This document shows positions 56,651-64,000 of a DNA stretch of 64,000 nucleotides, in pieces. The notes under the pieces were generated by a model. It was not told the origin of the DNA, ran no database searches, and worked only from the letters and a program-made list of their open reading frames with translations. Source of the DNA: an uncultured bacterium (GTDB lineage Bacteria > Krumholzibacteriota > Krumholzibacteriia > WVZY01 > JAKEHA01); assembly GCA_964588695.1 (NCBI GenBank), contig CAZPQK010000004.1:85129-149128 (forward strand), read 5' to 3'. Both the position numbers and the translations under genes were made by a program. How positions within the stretch are numbered: the first letter of the stretch is position 1; each line of letters opens with the position of its first letter.

Positions 56651-57361
56651 TTGACCTCCATCGATATCGCCGGCGCCCTCCGTTACGGCTGGCTCACCTT
56701 CAAAGAAAATGCAGCGTTCCTGGTGGGCGTTGTACTCGCGGCTTCGTTCCTGAACGCAGTGGTGAGCCTGGCGTTGGATATTGCGCCGGATGAGTTTCTC
56801 CCGCAGGCGGTTCTCTACATTATTAATGCGATCGTTTCGATCTTGCTGGAGATCGGTCTCATTCAGATTGCGCTGAAGTTTGTCGACGGCGAACAACCGG
56901 AGTTTTCCAACCTCTTCGATCGCCTCGCACTGGTTCCGCAGTTCTTCTTGTTTCGACTACTCGCCGCTTTGCTCATTCTGGTCGGGTTCGCTGCGCTGAT
57001 CGTTCCCGGGATCTACTTGCTCGCGCGCTTGTGCCTGGTCGGCCCGCTCATGGTGGACGAGCGCGCCACTCCGTCTGCCTCGATTGAGGAAAGCTGGCGG
57101 CACACCCGCGGCCATGTAATGGAGCTGGTTGTATTCGGCCTGGTGATCGCCGGACTGAACCTGCTGGGAGGATTCGCTCTATTGGTTGGCATGCTGGTCA
57201 CGATCCCCGTTTCTCTGGTTGCGATCGCGCACGTCTATCGTCAACTGTGTCCAATCGAGGGCCAGGAAGTACCTCATTTTGGGATCGCCGCCAACGCTGA
57301 GTACGATTACGATAGCGACCACTCTTCGACCCCACCACAAGACGACTCCACCGCCTCTTGA
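56651..57361 (+). CDS. DUF975-like polytopic membrane protein
   Basis: Five or six TM helices. TTG start 5 nt after AGGAG. Acidic C-terminal tail. Confidence 0.5.
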   Translation: MTSIDIAGALRYGWLTFKENAAFLVGVVLAASFLNAVVSLALDIAPDEFLPQAVLYIINAIVSILLEIGLIQIALKFVDGEQPEFSNLFDRLALVPQFFLFRLLAALLILVGFAALIVPGIYLLARLCLVGPLMVDERATPSASIEESWRHTRGHVMELVVFGLVIAGLNLLGGFALLVGMLVTIPVSLVAIAHVYRQLCPIEGQEVPHFGIAANAEYDYDSDHSSTPPQDDSTAS

Positions 57362-57406
57362 GGCTTTCTCATCGTTGCTCATTGCGCTCGGCGTGAGGTT
57401 TAGCGG

Positions 57407-57452
57407 CCACACCTGTGCCCCGCAACCACACCTTTGTCACCCGCACCTGTCC
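57407..57452 (+). promoter_or_regulatory. three direct repeats of a CACCTGT-like motif upstream of a TAATAT -10-like element
   Basis: ccaCACCTGTgcc (57407), ccaCACCTTTGTcac (57426) and ccgCACCTGTcc (57441), then ttgTAATATaagc. About 110 nt upstream of the lipoprotein gene start. Confidence 0.4.
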
Positions 57453-57564
57453 TCGTAATCTATTGTAATATAAGCATTTACAGGTTCATCCGAGTGGCAC
57501 GCGAGATGCTTTAGCCGGGGTGAGACCGGATAGAGTTATTGAAAAGCCTAAGGAGGGCAATGAC

Positions 57565-58437
57565 ATGAAATCCAACACCAAAATGATGCTAACGATGCTT
57601 GTGATCGTTGCCATGGGAGCCTTGTTTGCCGGATGCTCCGGTGACGACAGCGGCACCGCGCCGACGGAAGCGTCGCTTAACAGCGCGCCGAAACTTCCGT
57701 CGGTAGAGACCATGACCTTCAACCTCGATTTCTTTGGGGCCGACATGCCGAGCCCGGACGCACAGTCTTTGATGACCGGCAAGGCCAGTGACGACCTGCA
57801 AGCCGCCGCCGGCGACCGCACAAATTTCATCAACGCGATTGTTCGCGCTCTGTTTGTCCAGTTGCTGATGTACGACGCCCTGGAAGAGCCGATCGGCGCG
57901 TTTGCGCTTGCCGTGCACTCGGTTCCGCAAGAACAAAACGATGGTTCTTACCTGTGGACGTACATCTTTGTTGAAGACAACGTCGAGTACAGTATTTTTC
58001 TCTACGGTACTCCGCAGGTCGGAAGCGTCCTGTGGCGACTCGAAGTATCGACCGACGATGGCGCGCTTAATCACTTCGTTTGGTTTGACGGCGAGTTTCA
58101 GGAAGACGATACCGGTGGTTACTGGCAATTCTACGAGCCGGTTACCGCAAGCACCGGCGATCCGGTTGTTCGTATCGATGTTTCCAACACTGGCGGTGTT
58201 GAGCAATTGCGCGTGACCGTCAATAGCTTAACCAGTGAGGACAGCGGCGACATTCTGACCTTTACCGAAACCGACGACGAAGGTTCGATCACGTTTCTCG
58301 ACGCCAGCACATTGACCACGGATGAGATTCGCTGGTACGTCGACGGCACCGGTTACATTGACGTGAGCGATTATAACAATGGCGAACGCGGCTGCTGGGA
58401 CGACAAGCAAAAAGACACCATCTGCCCACAACCGTAG
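57565..58437 (+). CDS. hypothetical lipoprotein
   Basis: AGGAGGG RBS. Signal peptide with lipobox LFAGC. The ORF-track N-terminus is trimmed to the RBS-supported ATG. Confidence 0.6.
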   Translation: MKSNTKMMLTMLVIVAMGALFAGCSGDDSGTAPTEASLNSAPKLPSVETMTFNLDFFGADMPSPDAQSLMTGKASDDLQAAAGDRTNFINAIVRALFVQLLMYDALEEPIGAFALAVHSVPQEQNDGSYLWTYIFVEDNVEYSIFLYGTPQVGSVLWRLEVSTDDGALNHFVWFDGEFQEDDTGGYWQFYEPVTASTGDPVVRIDVSNTGGVEQLRVTVNSLTSEDSGDILTFTETDDEGSITFLDASTLTTDEIRWYVDGTGYIDVSDYNNGERGCWDDKQKDTICPQP

Positions 58438-58460
58438 ACCACACGACATCTAACAAACAA

Positions 58461-58493
58461 ACGGGCGGCCCTTTCACGGGTCGTCCGTTTTTG
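58461..58493 (+). terminator. rho-independent terminator
   Basis: acgggcggcc/ggtcgtccgt stem (2 G-U pairs) with an 8-nt loop followed by TTTTTG, 24 nt after the lipoprotein stop. Confidence 0.65.
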
Positions 58494-58580
58494 CTTGGGC
58501 TTGTGAAGCAAATCACCAGGAGCAACCGGGAACCTTTTCAGCGCCCAGCCGTATCAATAATTGAAACCTCTCCTTAGTGC

Positions 58581-58646
58581 GAACCGGCTTTGAGATTGCA
58601 CCTCGCGCCTCCCTAGGACATAGCATTCTCAAAGCCGGTTTTTTTG
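58581..58646 (+). promoter_or_regulatory. long-loop hairpin + T-run (terminator/attenuator-like) 40 nt upstream of the next gene
   Basis: gaaccggctttgag (58581-94) pairs with ctcaaagccggtt (58628-40) over a 33-nt loop, followed by TTTTTTTG. Confidence 0.4.
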
Positions 58647-58685
58647 TGGCCAGCCGCGTCGCTTTCCCGTAGTTCTTTCTCTTGC

Positions 58686-60656
58686 ATGACACACCTGTTT
58701 ACCTCGAATCGAACCACCTGGGGCCTGGCATTGCTTACGCTCGCCCTTCTGTGGGTACCCCACCCGGTGCCTCGTGTGCTGGCGATGGTTTTAGCCGCGG
58801 TTGCGATTTGGGGAATCGTCCTAACACCACAACGCCTACCGTTTGATCTGCGCCTGGCCACCGCCATCGTGGGCGGCCCGATGTGTCTTGCCGTGTTCGC
58901 GGCACTGGGGTTTGCCGTGGGCGTTGCCAGTGTTTTTATATCAGTAATTCTCCCAACCGTTGCGATCCTGATACTGACGCGGCAATCGGCATCGGAAAAC
59001 ACCCTGCCCGATTCCACGCCCGATCGACCGCTCCCATGGACTGCCCTGTTGGCACTGTTGGTAGTTGGTGCAACTCTCGCGCTGTACCTTCCCGCGACCG
59101 AATCGTGGTGGCGTTATCGCGAAGACAGTTGGTTTCACGCCGCGGTGATCGAAAAAATAATTCGCTCGGGCGTGCCGCCCACCGACCCGTACTTCTCAGG
59201 ATTATCGCTACGTTACATGTACATGTACCACGCGATCCTTGGGCTCACGGTTCAACACTCGGGCTGTTCGCCGTTCGCGGCGATGATGGCGTTCAACGTT
59301 GTCGCCATCGCCGGTCTCGTCGCTGGGTCGTACTCACTCGCCAGTGTGTTCACCAACTCGCGACGTGCACAACTGCTGGCAACCGCGCTTGCCACGTTCG
59401 GACTGAACGGCGGATTCTTTCTTTACTATCCCATACGGGTCGCGCGCTCTCTTGTGGGCGAATCAACTGGGGTCGCACAGCTAAGTCAGTTCTTCGCAAC
59501 CACACCGCCCAGCCACGACACCGCGTGGAACCTGGTGTCGATCGCCGGCAACCAGGCATTGCTGATCGACAAGTTTATGTTGGGCACCGCGATATCACTT
59601 ACGTTCGGCGCGATATGTGTAGTCGTACGGTTAATTGCAGAACCAACGGAACGCCGCACCACGGCACCCCTGCTGGCCGTGCTAAGCGCCGGCATTATGC
59701 TGTGGCACGTTGTGATTGGCGCCGTTGTGTTTGCCGCAACCGCAGTCGCTCTAGCGGTAATGGCGACTCGTGACCGCCGACGGGGTTTGTCCGGACTGGC
59801 CGGGATAGCGGTCGCGGCATTGCTTGTGACACCGTATGTATTTTCGGTGTTGCGCGGCGGCGAGGGTACGTCTTCGATTCGGTTCGACTTGCAAGCCAAC
59901 CAGCTGGTGGGCCTGGCGGCGGCGATCACTCCGGTTGGCCTGTTTTCGCTATGGGGATGGCGAGCCGTGGGCGGCGGTCAGGTTCAGCGAACCGTCGTAG
60001 TCGCGTGGATTGTTACCGCTGTCGTACTGGGTGTGTTCATTGACCTACCCACTAACAACGAAACCAAGTTTGCTTTCCCGCTACACCTCGGACTAGTCGG
60101 GTTTGCCGCCGCCGGCATTGCGGCGGGCCTTAAGCGACTGCGTGCGTTTACAATTTTCGCGGTGCTTGCGTTTACTATACCGCTCCATGTGACCTACTTT
60201 GCAATCGCTAGCCGCGACGCCCATACCTTTCACCTCACTCCGGAGGAATCGAGCGTTTATCAGTGGATCCGCAGTTCCACCCCTGCCGACGCAGTTTTTC
60301 TGGAAGCCCACGACACCGTGCGAATTCCGGTGCTGGCGCAGCGCGATCTCTATTGGGGAACGGCCACCTACGCAAACAATTGGGGATACGCGCGCGGCGA
60401 AATGGCCACCCGGCGCACGCTGCGCGACAATGTGTTCGAAGAGATCCCGCTACTGCCCGATCAGTTTGATTTGGTGGTGGCAGACGGTCGGCCGTTTTAC
60501 ATTCTGATGCGCGACATCCACACCAGCAACGGCGTTCTTTACGATCTCCGCAACCAGTTGGGGTTTCTGGAGGGCAGATACGTTACAGAATCTTTCGTGG
60601 TGTTTGAGGTGAACGCCGACAAGGTGCGTTCGGCATTACGCCGAACCCGCGACTAA
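58686..60656 (+). CDS. large polytopic membrane protein, GT-C-like glycosyltransferase candidate
   Basis: At least 12 TM helices over about 480 aa followed by a soluble C-terminal domain of about 170 aa. No RBS visible, so the start (58644 to 58686) is uncertain. Confidence 0.4.
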   Translation: MTHLFTSNRTTWGLALLTLALLWVPHPVPRVLAMVLAAVAIWGIVLTPQRLPFDLRLATAIVGGPMCLAVFAALGFAVGVASVFISVILPTVAILILTRQSASENTLPDSTPDRPLPWTALLALLVVGATLALYLPATESWWRYREDSWFHAAVIEKIIRSGVPPTDPYFSGLSLRYMYMYHAILGLTVQHSGCSPFAAMMAFNVVAIAGLVAGSYSLASVFTNSRRAQLLATALATFGLNGGFFLYYPIRVARSLVGESTGVAQLSQFFATTPPSHDTAWNLVSIAGNQALLIDKFMLGTAISLTFGAICVVVRLIAEPTERRTTAPLLAVLSAGIMLWHVVIGAVVFAATAVALAVMATRDRRRGLSGLAGIAVAALLVTPYVFSVLRGGEGTSSIRFDLQANQLVGLAAAITPVGLFSLWGWRAVGGGQVQRTVVVAWIVTAVVLGVFIDLPTNNETKFAFPLHLGLVGFAAAGIAAGLKRLRAFTIFAVLAFTIPLHVTYFAIASRDAHTFHLTPEESSVYQWIRSSTPADAVFLEAHDTVRIPVLAQRDLYWGTATYANNWGYARGEMATRRTLRDNVFEEIPLLPDQFDLVVADGRPFYILMRDIHTSNGVLYDLRNQLGFLEGRYVTESFVVFEVNADKVRSALRRTRD

Positions 60657-61633
60657 CCCATCATTTCCCGGCAGGCTTTTACAACACGTTTGATCACTTC
60701 GTCCAGTGTACCGCGCATGCGCATTCCGGCCGCCATGCGATGGCCACCTCCACCAAAATGGTTCGCGATTTCGTAGGCGTCGGCCGGTCCGTTCGACCGC
60801 AGGGAGATTTTGACCAGGCCCGGATCGGTTTCCTTAAAGAACAAAACCAGGTCGACACCCCGAATACCCCGCACCAGATCGGCGAACCCGTCCATGTCTT
60901 CGTAGGTCGCGCCCGCCGTTTCGATCATCTCACGAGTCGCGCTTACCCATGCAATGCGACCATCGTCGGTTGTCGAAACTGTACTCATCACGGGGCCTAA
61001 CAGCCGGGCAGCCGCCCAAGTTTTCTTGCCAAACGCCTCGCGATGCGATTCAAACGCGTTAACTCCCAAGTCGATTAACTCCGCAGCGACTCGCAGGGCG
61101 CGCGCATCGGTATTGGAAAAACGAAACGTACCGGTGTCGGTGATTAATGCCGTGTACATGGCGTTCGCAATGTCCAACGGAATGTCTTTGCCTGCAGCCC
61201 TGGTCAGTTCGTAGGTCAGCAACCCGGTTGCTGCGGCCGTCGTGTCACTGGCAATGACGTCGGCAAAATCGTCAGCCGGCTTAACGTGATGATCGATACA
61301 CGCACGCGGAGGTAGTCGATTCTCGTAGAGGAGTTTTCCCAAACGGCCCAAGTGTTGAAAATTGTTCACGTCAACTATGACAATCGCATCGACCTGGTCC
61401 AACACTTCGTCGCCGACATCTTGCTCATACACGTCGACAACGTTGTTAGGATCGAGGAAAGCCAATGTCTCCGGCGTGGGACTGGAGTTCACCACCATCA
61501 CATCTTTGCCCATCTGTAACAGAAGCGAGCGGATGGCCATTTCGGAACCCAGCGCGTCGCCGTCGGGGTTGACGTGCGTGGTTACCAGAAATGATTGATG
61601 GCGGTCAAAGAAGTCGAGGACGGGTTTCCACAT
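60653..61633 (-). CDS. nrnA: DHH-family phosphoesterase NrnA (bifunctional oligoribonuclease/pAp phosphatase)
   Basis: DHH motifs (HVNPDGDALGS, VDVNN, IDHH) and DHHA1 GGGH motif (FGGGGHRMAAG). Confidence 0.85.
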   Translation of the reverse strand: MWKPVLDFFDRHQSFLVTTHVNPDGDALGSEMAIRSLLLQMGKDVMVVNSSPTPETLAFLDPNNVVDVYEQDVGDEVLDQVDAIVIVDVNNFQHLGRLGKLLYENRLPPRACIDHHVKPADDFADVIASDTTAAATGLLTYELTRAAGKDIPLDIANAMYTALITDTGTFRFSNTDARALRVAAELIDLGVNAFESHREAFGKKTWAAARLLGPVMSTVSTTDDGRIAWVSATREMIETAGATYEDMDGFADLVRGIRGVDLVLFFKETDPGLVKISLRSNGPADAYEIANHFGGGGHRMAAGMRMRGTLDEVIKRVVKACREMMG

Positions 61634-61636
61634 GTG

Positions 61637-61984
61637 CTACTGGCTGCTTTCCAGGGCGTCCAGAAACTCGACCGCGCGTCGCAGGTGCGGAATCACGATC
61701 GAACCCCCAACTACCAATCCAATGCTAAAAATCTCGAAGAACTGTTGTTTGGTCACACCCGCTTGATGACACTCTTGCACGTGGTAACGAATACAGTCGT
61801 CACAACGCAGCACCATCGACGCGGCCAGTCCCAACATTTCTTTGGTGCGCGCGTCAAGCGCGCCGTCTTCGTAGGCACGGGTGTCCAGGTTAAAGAACCG
61901 CTTCACCACGAGATTATCCTCGCTCAGTATGCGATCGTTCATGCGGGCGCGATAGTCGTTAAACTCTTCAACCAGATCACTCAT
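61637..61984 (-). CDS. carboxymuconolactone decarboxylase/AhpD-like family protein
   Basis: CxxxH-type motif CDDCIRYH in a 115-aa helical protein. Confidence 0.7.
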   Translation of the reverse strand: MSDLVEEFNDYRARMNDRILSEDNLVVKRFFNLDTRAYEDGALDARTKEMLGLAASMVLRCDDCIRYHVQECHQAGVTKQQFFEIFSIGLVVGGSIVIPHLRRAVEFLDALESSQ

Positions 61985-62095
61985 GTCTCACTCCAAAAGG
62001 TAATATCCAAGTTTACCCTTACTGGTGAGCGCTTGCAAACCCTTAGGTTGTGGAAGGAAGAACGCTCCAAGGGGAATACGTGGTTGCAGGAACTA

Positions 62096-62890
62096 CTAGA
62101 GGCTTACCGCGTCGCCCAAACGCGCAGACCGAATCAGGTCGTACTTGCAGGCGAGGGTTTCGAGGCTCAGGATGGATTGTTGGGAGTCTGCGGTGAGTTC
62201 ATAGTCCCAAGAATTGGCCAGGAATTCGTAGGACACTTCGCTTCCAATACCTGCTTCGCGGGCCACTTCGTCGGCGATTTCTGACAAACGCGAAACACCA
62301 GCATTGCGTGCGGCGGTTACTATCGCGGTGGCGCGTTCGGCCATGGTTTCGTCGCGATACACCCAAAGCGCGGATACCAACGGGTGTCCGGTAAGGTCCG
62401 ACCACCACTGCGTGATATCGTAAGACTCGGCTCCGTCTCCAACATCGGTGCGGGCGGTTATCTGGCGATCTCCAGAAACCAACACAGCATCGTAGCGATC
62501 CCGCCAATACGGCGTAACATTCTGTTCAACCAACATATCAGGAAACACCGAGTATTGCTCCGCGAGCACGATTCGTAGCACCGCCAGCCCGGTTCGGCAA
62601 TGTTCGGCCACGGCGATTCGATTGAGTTCGGTGATCGGTTTCTGTGCAAGCAACGAATGACTCAGGCGGCCGGGTTTTGCCACCAGTGCAGGGCCGCTAA
62701 CATAGTCGCTACCCACTCCGCGTAGATACTCGATCGTGGGAACCAGCGCGACATCGAACTCGCCCATGCGAAAGCGCTCAGCGAGAACAGCGGGATTGTC
62801 TTCGGCTACAGAGATATCCTGTGGCGGGGCGGTTTGTAGTTGGTTTACCAGCGGTCGAAAGCAGAAAAGCCGAGTGATGCCGAAGCGCAT
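62096..62890 (-). CDS. MqnA/MqnD-family protein (futalosine-pathway menaquinone biosynthesis, periplasmic-binding-protein-like fold)
   Basis: N-terminal MRFGITRL...GEFDVALVPTIEY pattern and length typical of chorismate dehydratase MqnA / 1,4-dihydroxy-6-naphthoate synthase MqnD. Confidence 0.5.
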   Translation of the reverse strand: MRFGITRLFCFRPLVNQLQTAPPQDISVAEDNPAVLAERFRMGEFDVALVPTIEYLRGVGSDYVSGPALVAKPGRLSHSLLAQKPITELNRIAVAEHCRTGLAVLRIVLAEQYSVFPDMLVEQNVTPYWRDRYDAVLVSGDRQITARTDVGDGAESYDITQWWSDLTGHPLVSALWVYRDETMAERATAIVTAARNAGVSRLSEIADEVAREAGIGSEVSYEFLANSWDYELTADSQQSILSLETLACKYDLIRSARLGDAVSL

Positions 62891-63071
62891 AGTTCTCCCA
62901 AATTGTTAGCAAGAATGCCCCCCCACTGTTCCTAAATAGCACTGGCGCCGAAACCCCGGCAAGCAAAACCTCGACGCCCCCAACCGATTGCCAGAAAACA
63001 ATTTGATAGACTTTTCACAAGCGAGCGGGTACATCTTAAGTCTATCCTGAACACCCTTGCCGAGGAGTGCC

Positions 63072-64000
63072 ATGCCCCAGTCGGCGGCAACTCACAAACT
63101 CATCTCTATGGCAAAGACCCTGGGCCTGCTAATCGCGCTCGTTGGGTTGGGCATCGCGTTCTTTGCGCCTGCCGTTTCCAACAATACGTTCTGGCACTCC
63201 GGCGACTACCAGTACCTCGAGCGCGCCATCGCGTCGGACAGCGACTGGGCGTCGGTGTTTAAGCCACGCACAGGATTCGACTATCAGCCGCTGGTCGATA
63301 CCGTGTTCCTGGCCGAGTTTCGGGCGTTTGGACTGAATGCATGGTATTACTACTTGTTCAACATTTTGCTGCACGGCATTAATGCGTTCATGGTGTTCGC
63401 GATTGTAAATACGCTGCTGCGACACCAGTGGATTGCAATTCTGTCCGCAATGTTGTTTGTGTTCGCCGTGGGTAATTATGGCAAGGCGGTGATGGTGGTG
63501 TCAGGCGTCAGCGACTTGATGATTACGTTTATGACGCTGTTGACCCTGTGGTTTTACTTCACCAACGAATTACACAAATCCGGTCGGGTATTGTCACCCT
63601 GGTTCTTGGCCTGTGCGGTTGCTTTTGCGGCGAGCCTGCTAACCAAGGGAACATCGTTTAGCATTCTCGGCTGCATGCTCGCGTTCAACATCTTCTTTAA
63701 AGAACAAACCGGCCGGCGGATCTTTCACAAGAGTTTTCTGCTGTTGACTGTGTTCGCGGCCGCGGTGGTGATTGGAAAGCATTTGTGGTTACCGGAGAGC
63801 ACGACGGGAACGCAAGCGGAGTGGTTGGGGTTCGAATCACTGCGGATTCTTGCCGGTTATCTGGTGCGAATGCTGTTTCCAATTCACGTGTCTAATATCG
63901 TTCAGGACTCTGGCCCGGTGGTCGAGTTTATCTATCGCCTTGCGACTCAGATTCGCGTGCTAATCTTTATGGTCATCCTGTCGTATTCCTTCTTTGGTGT
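63072..64000 (+). CDS. polytopic membrane protein (TMTC/PMT-like GT-C N-domain candidate), 5' partial; continues beyond the window
   Basis: GAGGAG RBS 5 nt before ATG 63072. Open frame with no stop to the window end. Eight or more TM helices. Confidence 0.55.
   Translation, partial: MPQSAATHKLISMAKTLGLLIALVGLGIAFFAPAVSNNTFWHSGDYQYLERAIASDSDWASVFKPRTGFDYQPLVDTVFLAEFRAFGLNAWYYYLFNILLHGINAFMVFAIVNTLLRHQWIAILSAMLFVFAVGNYGKAVMVVSGVSDLMITFMTLLTLWFYFTNELHKSGRVLSPWFLACAVAFAASLLTKGTSFSILGCMLAFNIFFKEQTGRRIFHKSFLLLTVFAAAVVIGKHLWLPESTTGTQAEWLGFESLRILAGYLVRMLFPIHVSNIVQDSGPVVEFIYRLATQIRVLIFMVILSYSFFG

Noticed and set aside
57589-58206. 205-aa minus ORF
   Set aside because: Antisense to the lipoprotein gene, which has an RBS and lipobox on the + strand.
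58883-59773. 296-aa + ORF in an alternate frame
   Set aside because: Arg/Cys-rich translation typical of off-frame high-GC sequence. Overlaps the coherent polytopic membrane-protein frame.
1-64000. Search for tRNA, rRNA, CRISPR arrays, IS elements, integrases, restriction-modification or obvious defence genes
   Set aside because: No cloverleaf-compatible conserved tRNA motifs were seen in the intergenic regions, no repeat-spacer arrays, and no transposase or integrase-like ORFs. The window looks like core chromosome plus envelope/secretome genes, not a mobile island.

Overview
High-GC (~60%) bacterial chromosomal window, gene-dense on both strands, with no rRNA, tRNA, CRISPR array, transposase or integrase visible. 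Three secreted proteins end in the TIGR04183-type C-terminal sorting domain (FPNPFNPTTTI...GVYFYRL...K), so the source is probably an FCB-group, Gemmatimonadota-like or candidate-phylum genome. Recognisable content, left to right: cobO (cob(I)alamin adenosyltransferase) behind a structured leader; a DUF5989-type micro-ORF missing from the ORF track; an SDR oxidoreductase; a secreted beta-helix protein; an MBL hydrolase followed by an NHEJ pair (multidomain LigD Pol-PE-Lig plus Ku); a TPR protein; an FAD monooxygenase; an APC permease with a MerR/excisionase-type regulator; mscL, ispH, a dodecin gene and a class IV aminotransferase with a P-loop sulfotransferase-like neighbour; an M8 leishmanolysin-like protease; a class II cytochrome c; a PGA-type exopolysaccharide locus (small TM protein, pgaC, pgaA, short pgaB) preceded by a LIM-domain DA1-like metallopeptidase; a Na/Pi cotransporter with a PhoU-like partner; a cluster of PIG-L deacetylase, DUF1684 and ankyrin genes; a TonB-dependent-receptor-like barrel and a small OMP; an osmoprotectant-type ABC transporter; a complete System I cytochrome c maturation operon (ccmE-F-H-X-X-A-B-C-D) whose CcmE carries Cys in place of the canonical heme-binding His; a beta-CASP MBL nuclease; an SGNH hydrolase; a long SppA; a 1157-aa Ser/Thr kinase-STAND NTPase-TPR protein followed by an STAS-like protein and a DUF975-like membrane protein; a GT-C-like membrane protein; nrnA; an AhpD-like protein; and an MqnA/MqnD-family gene. 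The most unusual items are the bacterial LIM+DA1-like peptidase next to the PGA locus, the Cys-type CcmE operon with two unassigned members, and the giant kinase-NTPase module.
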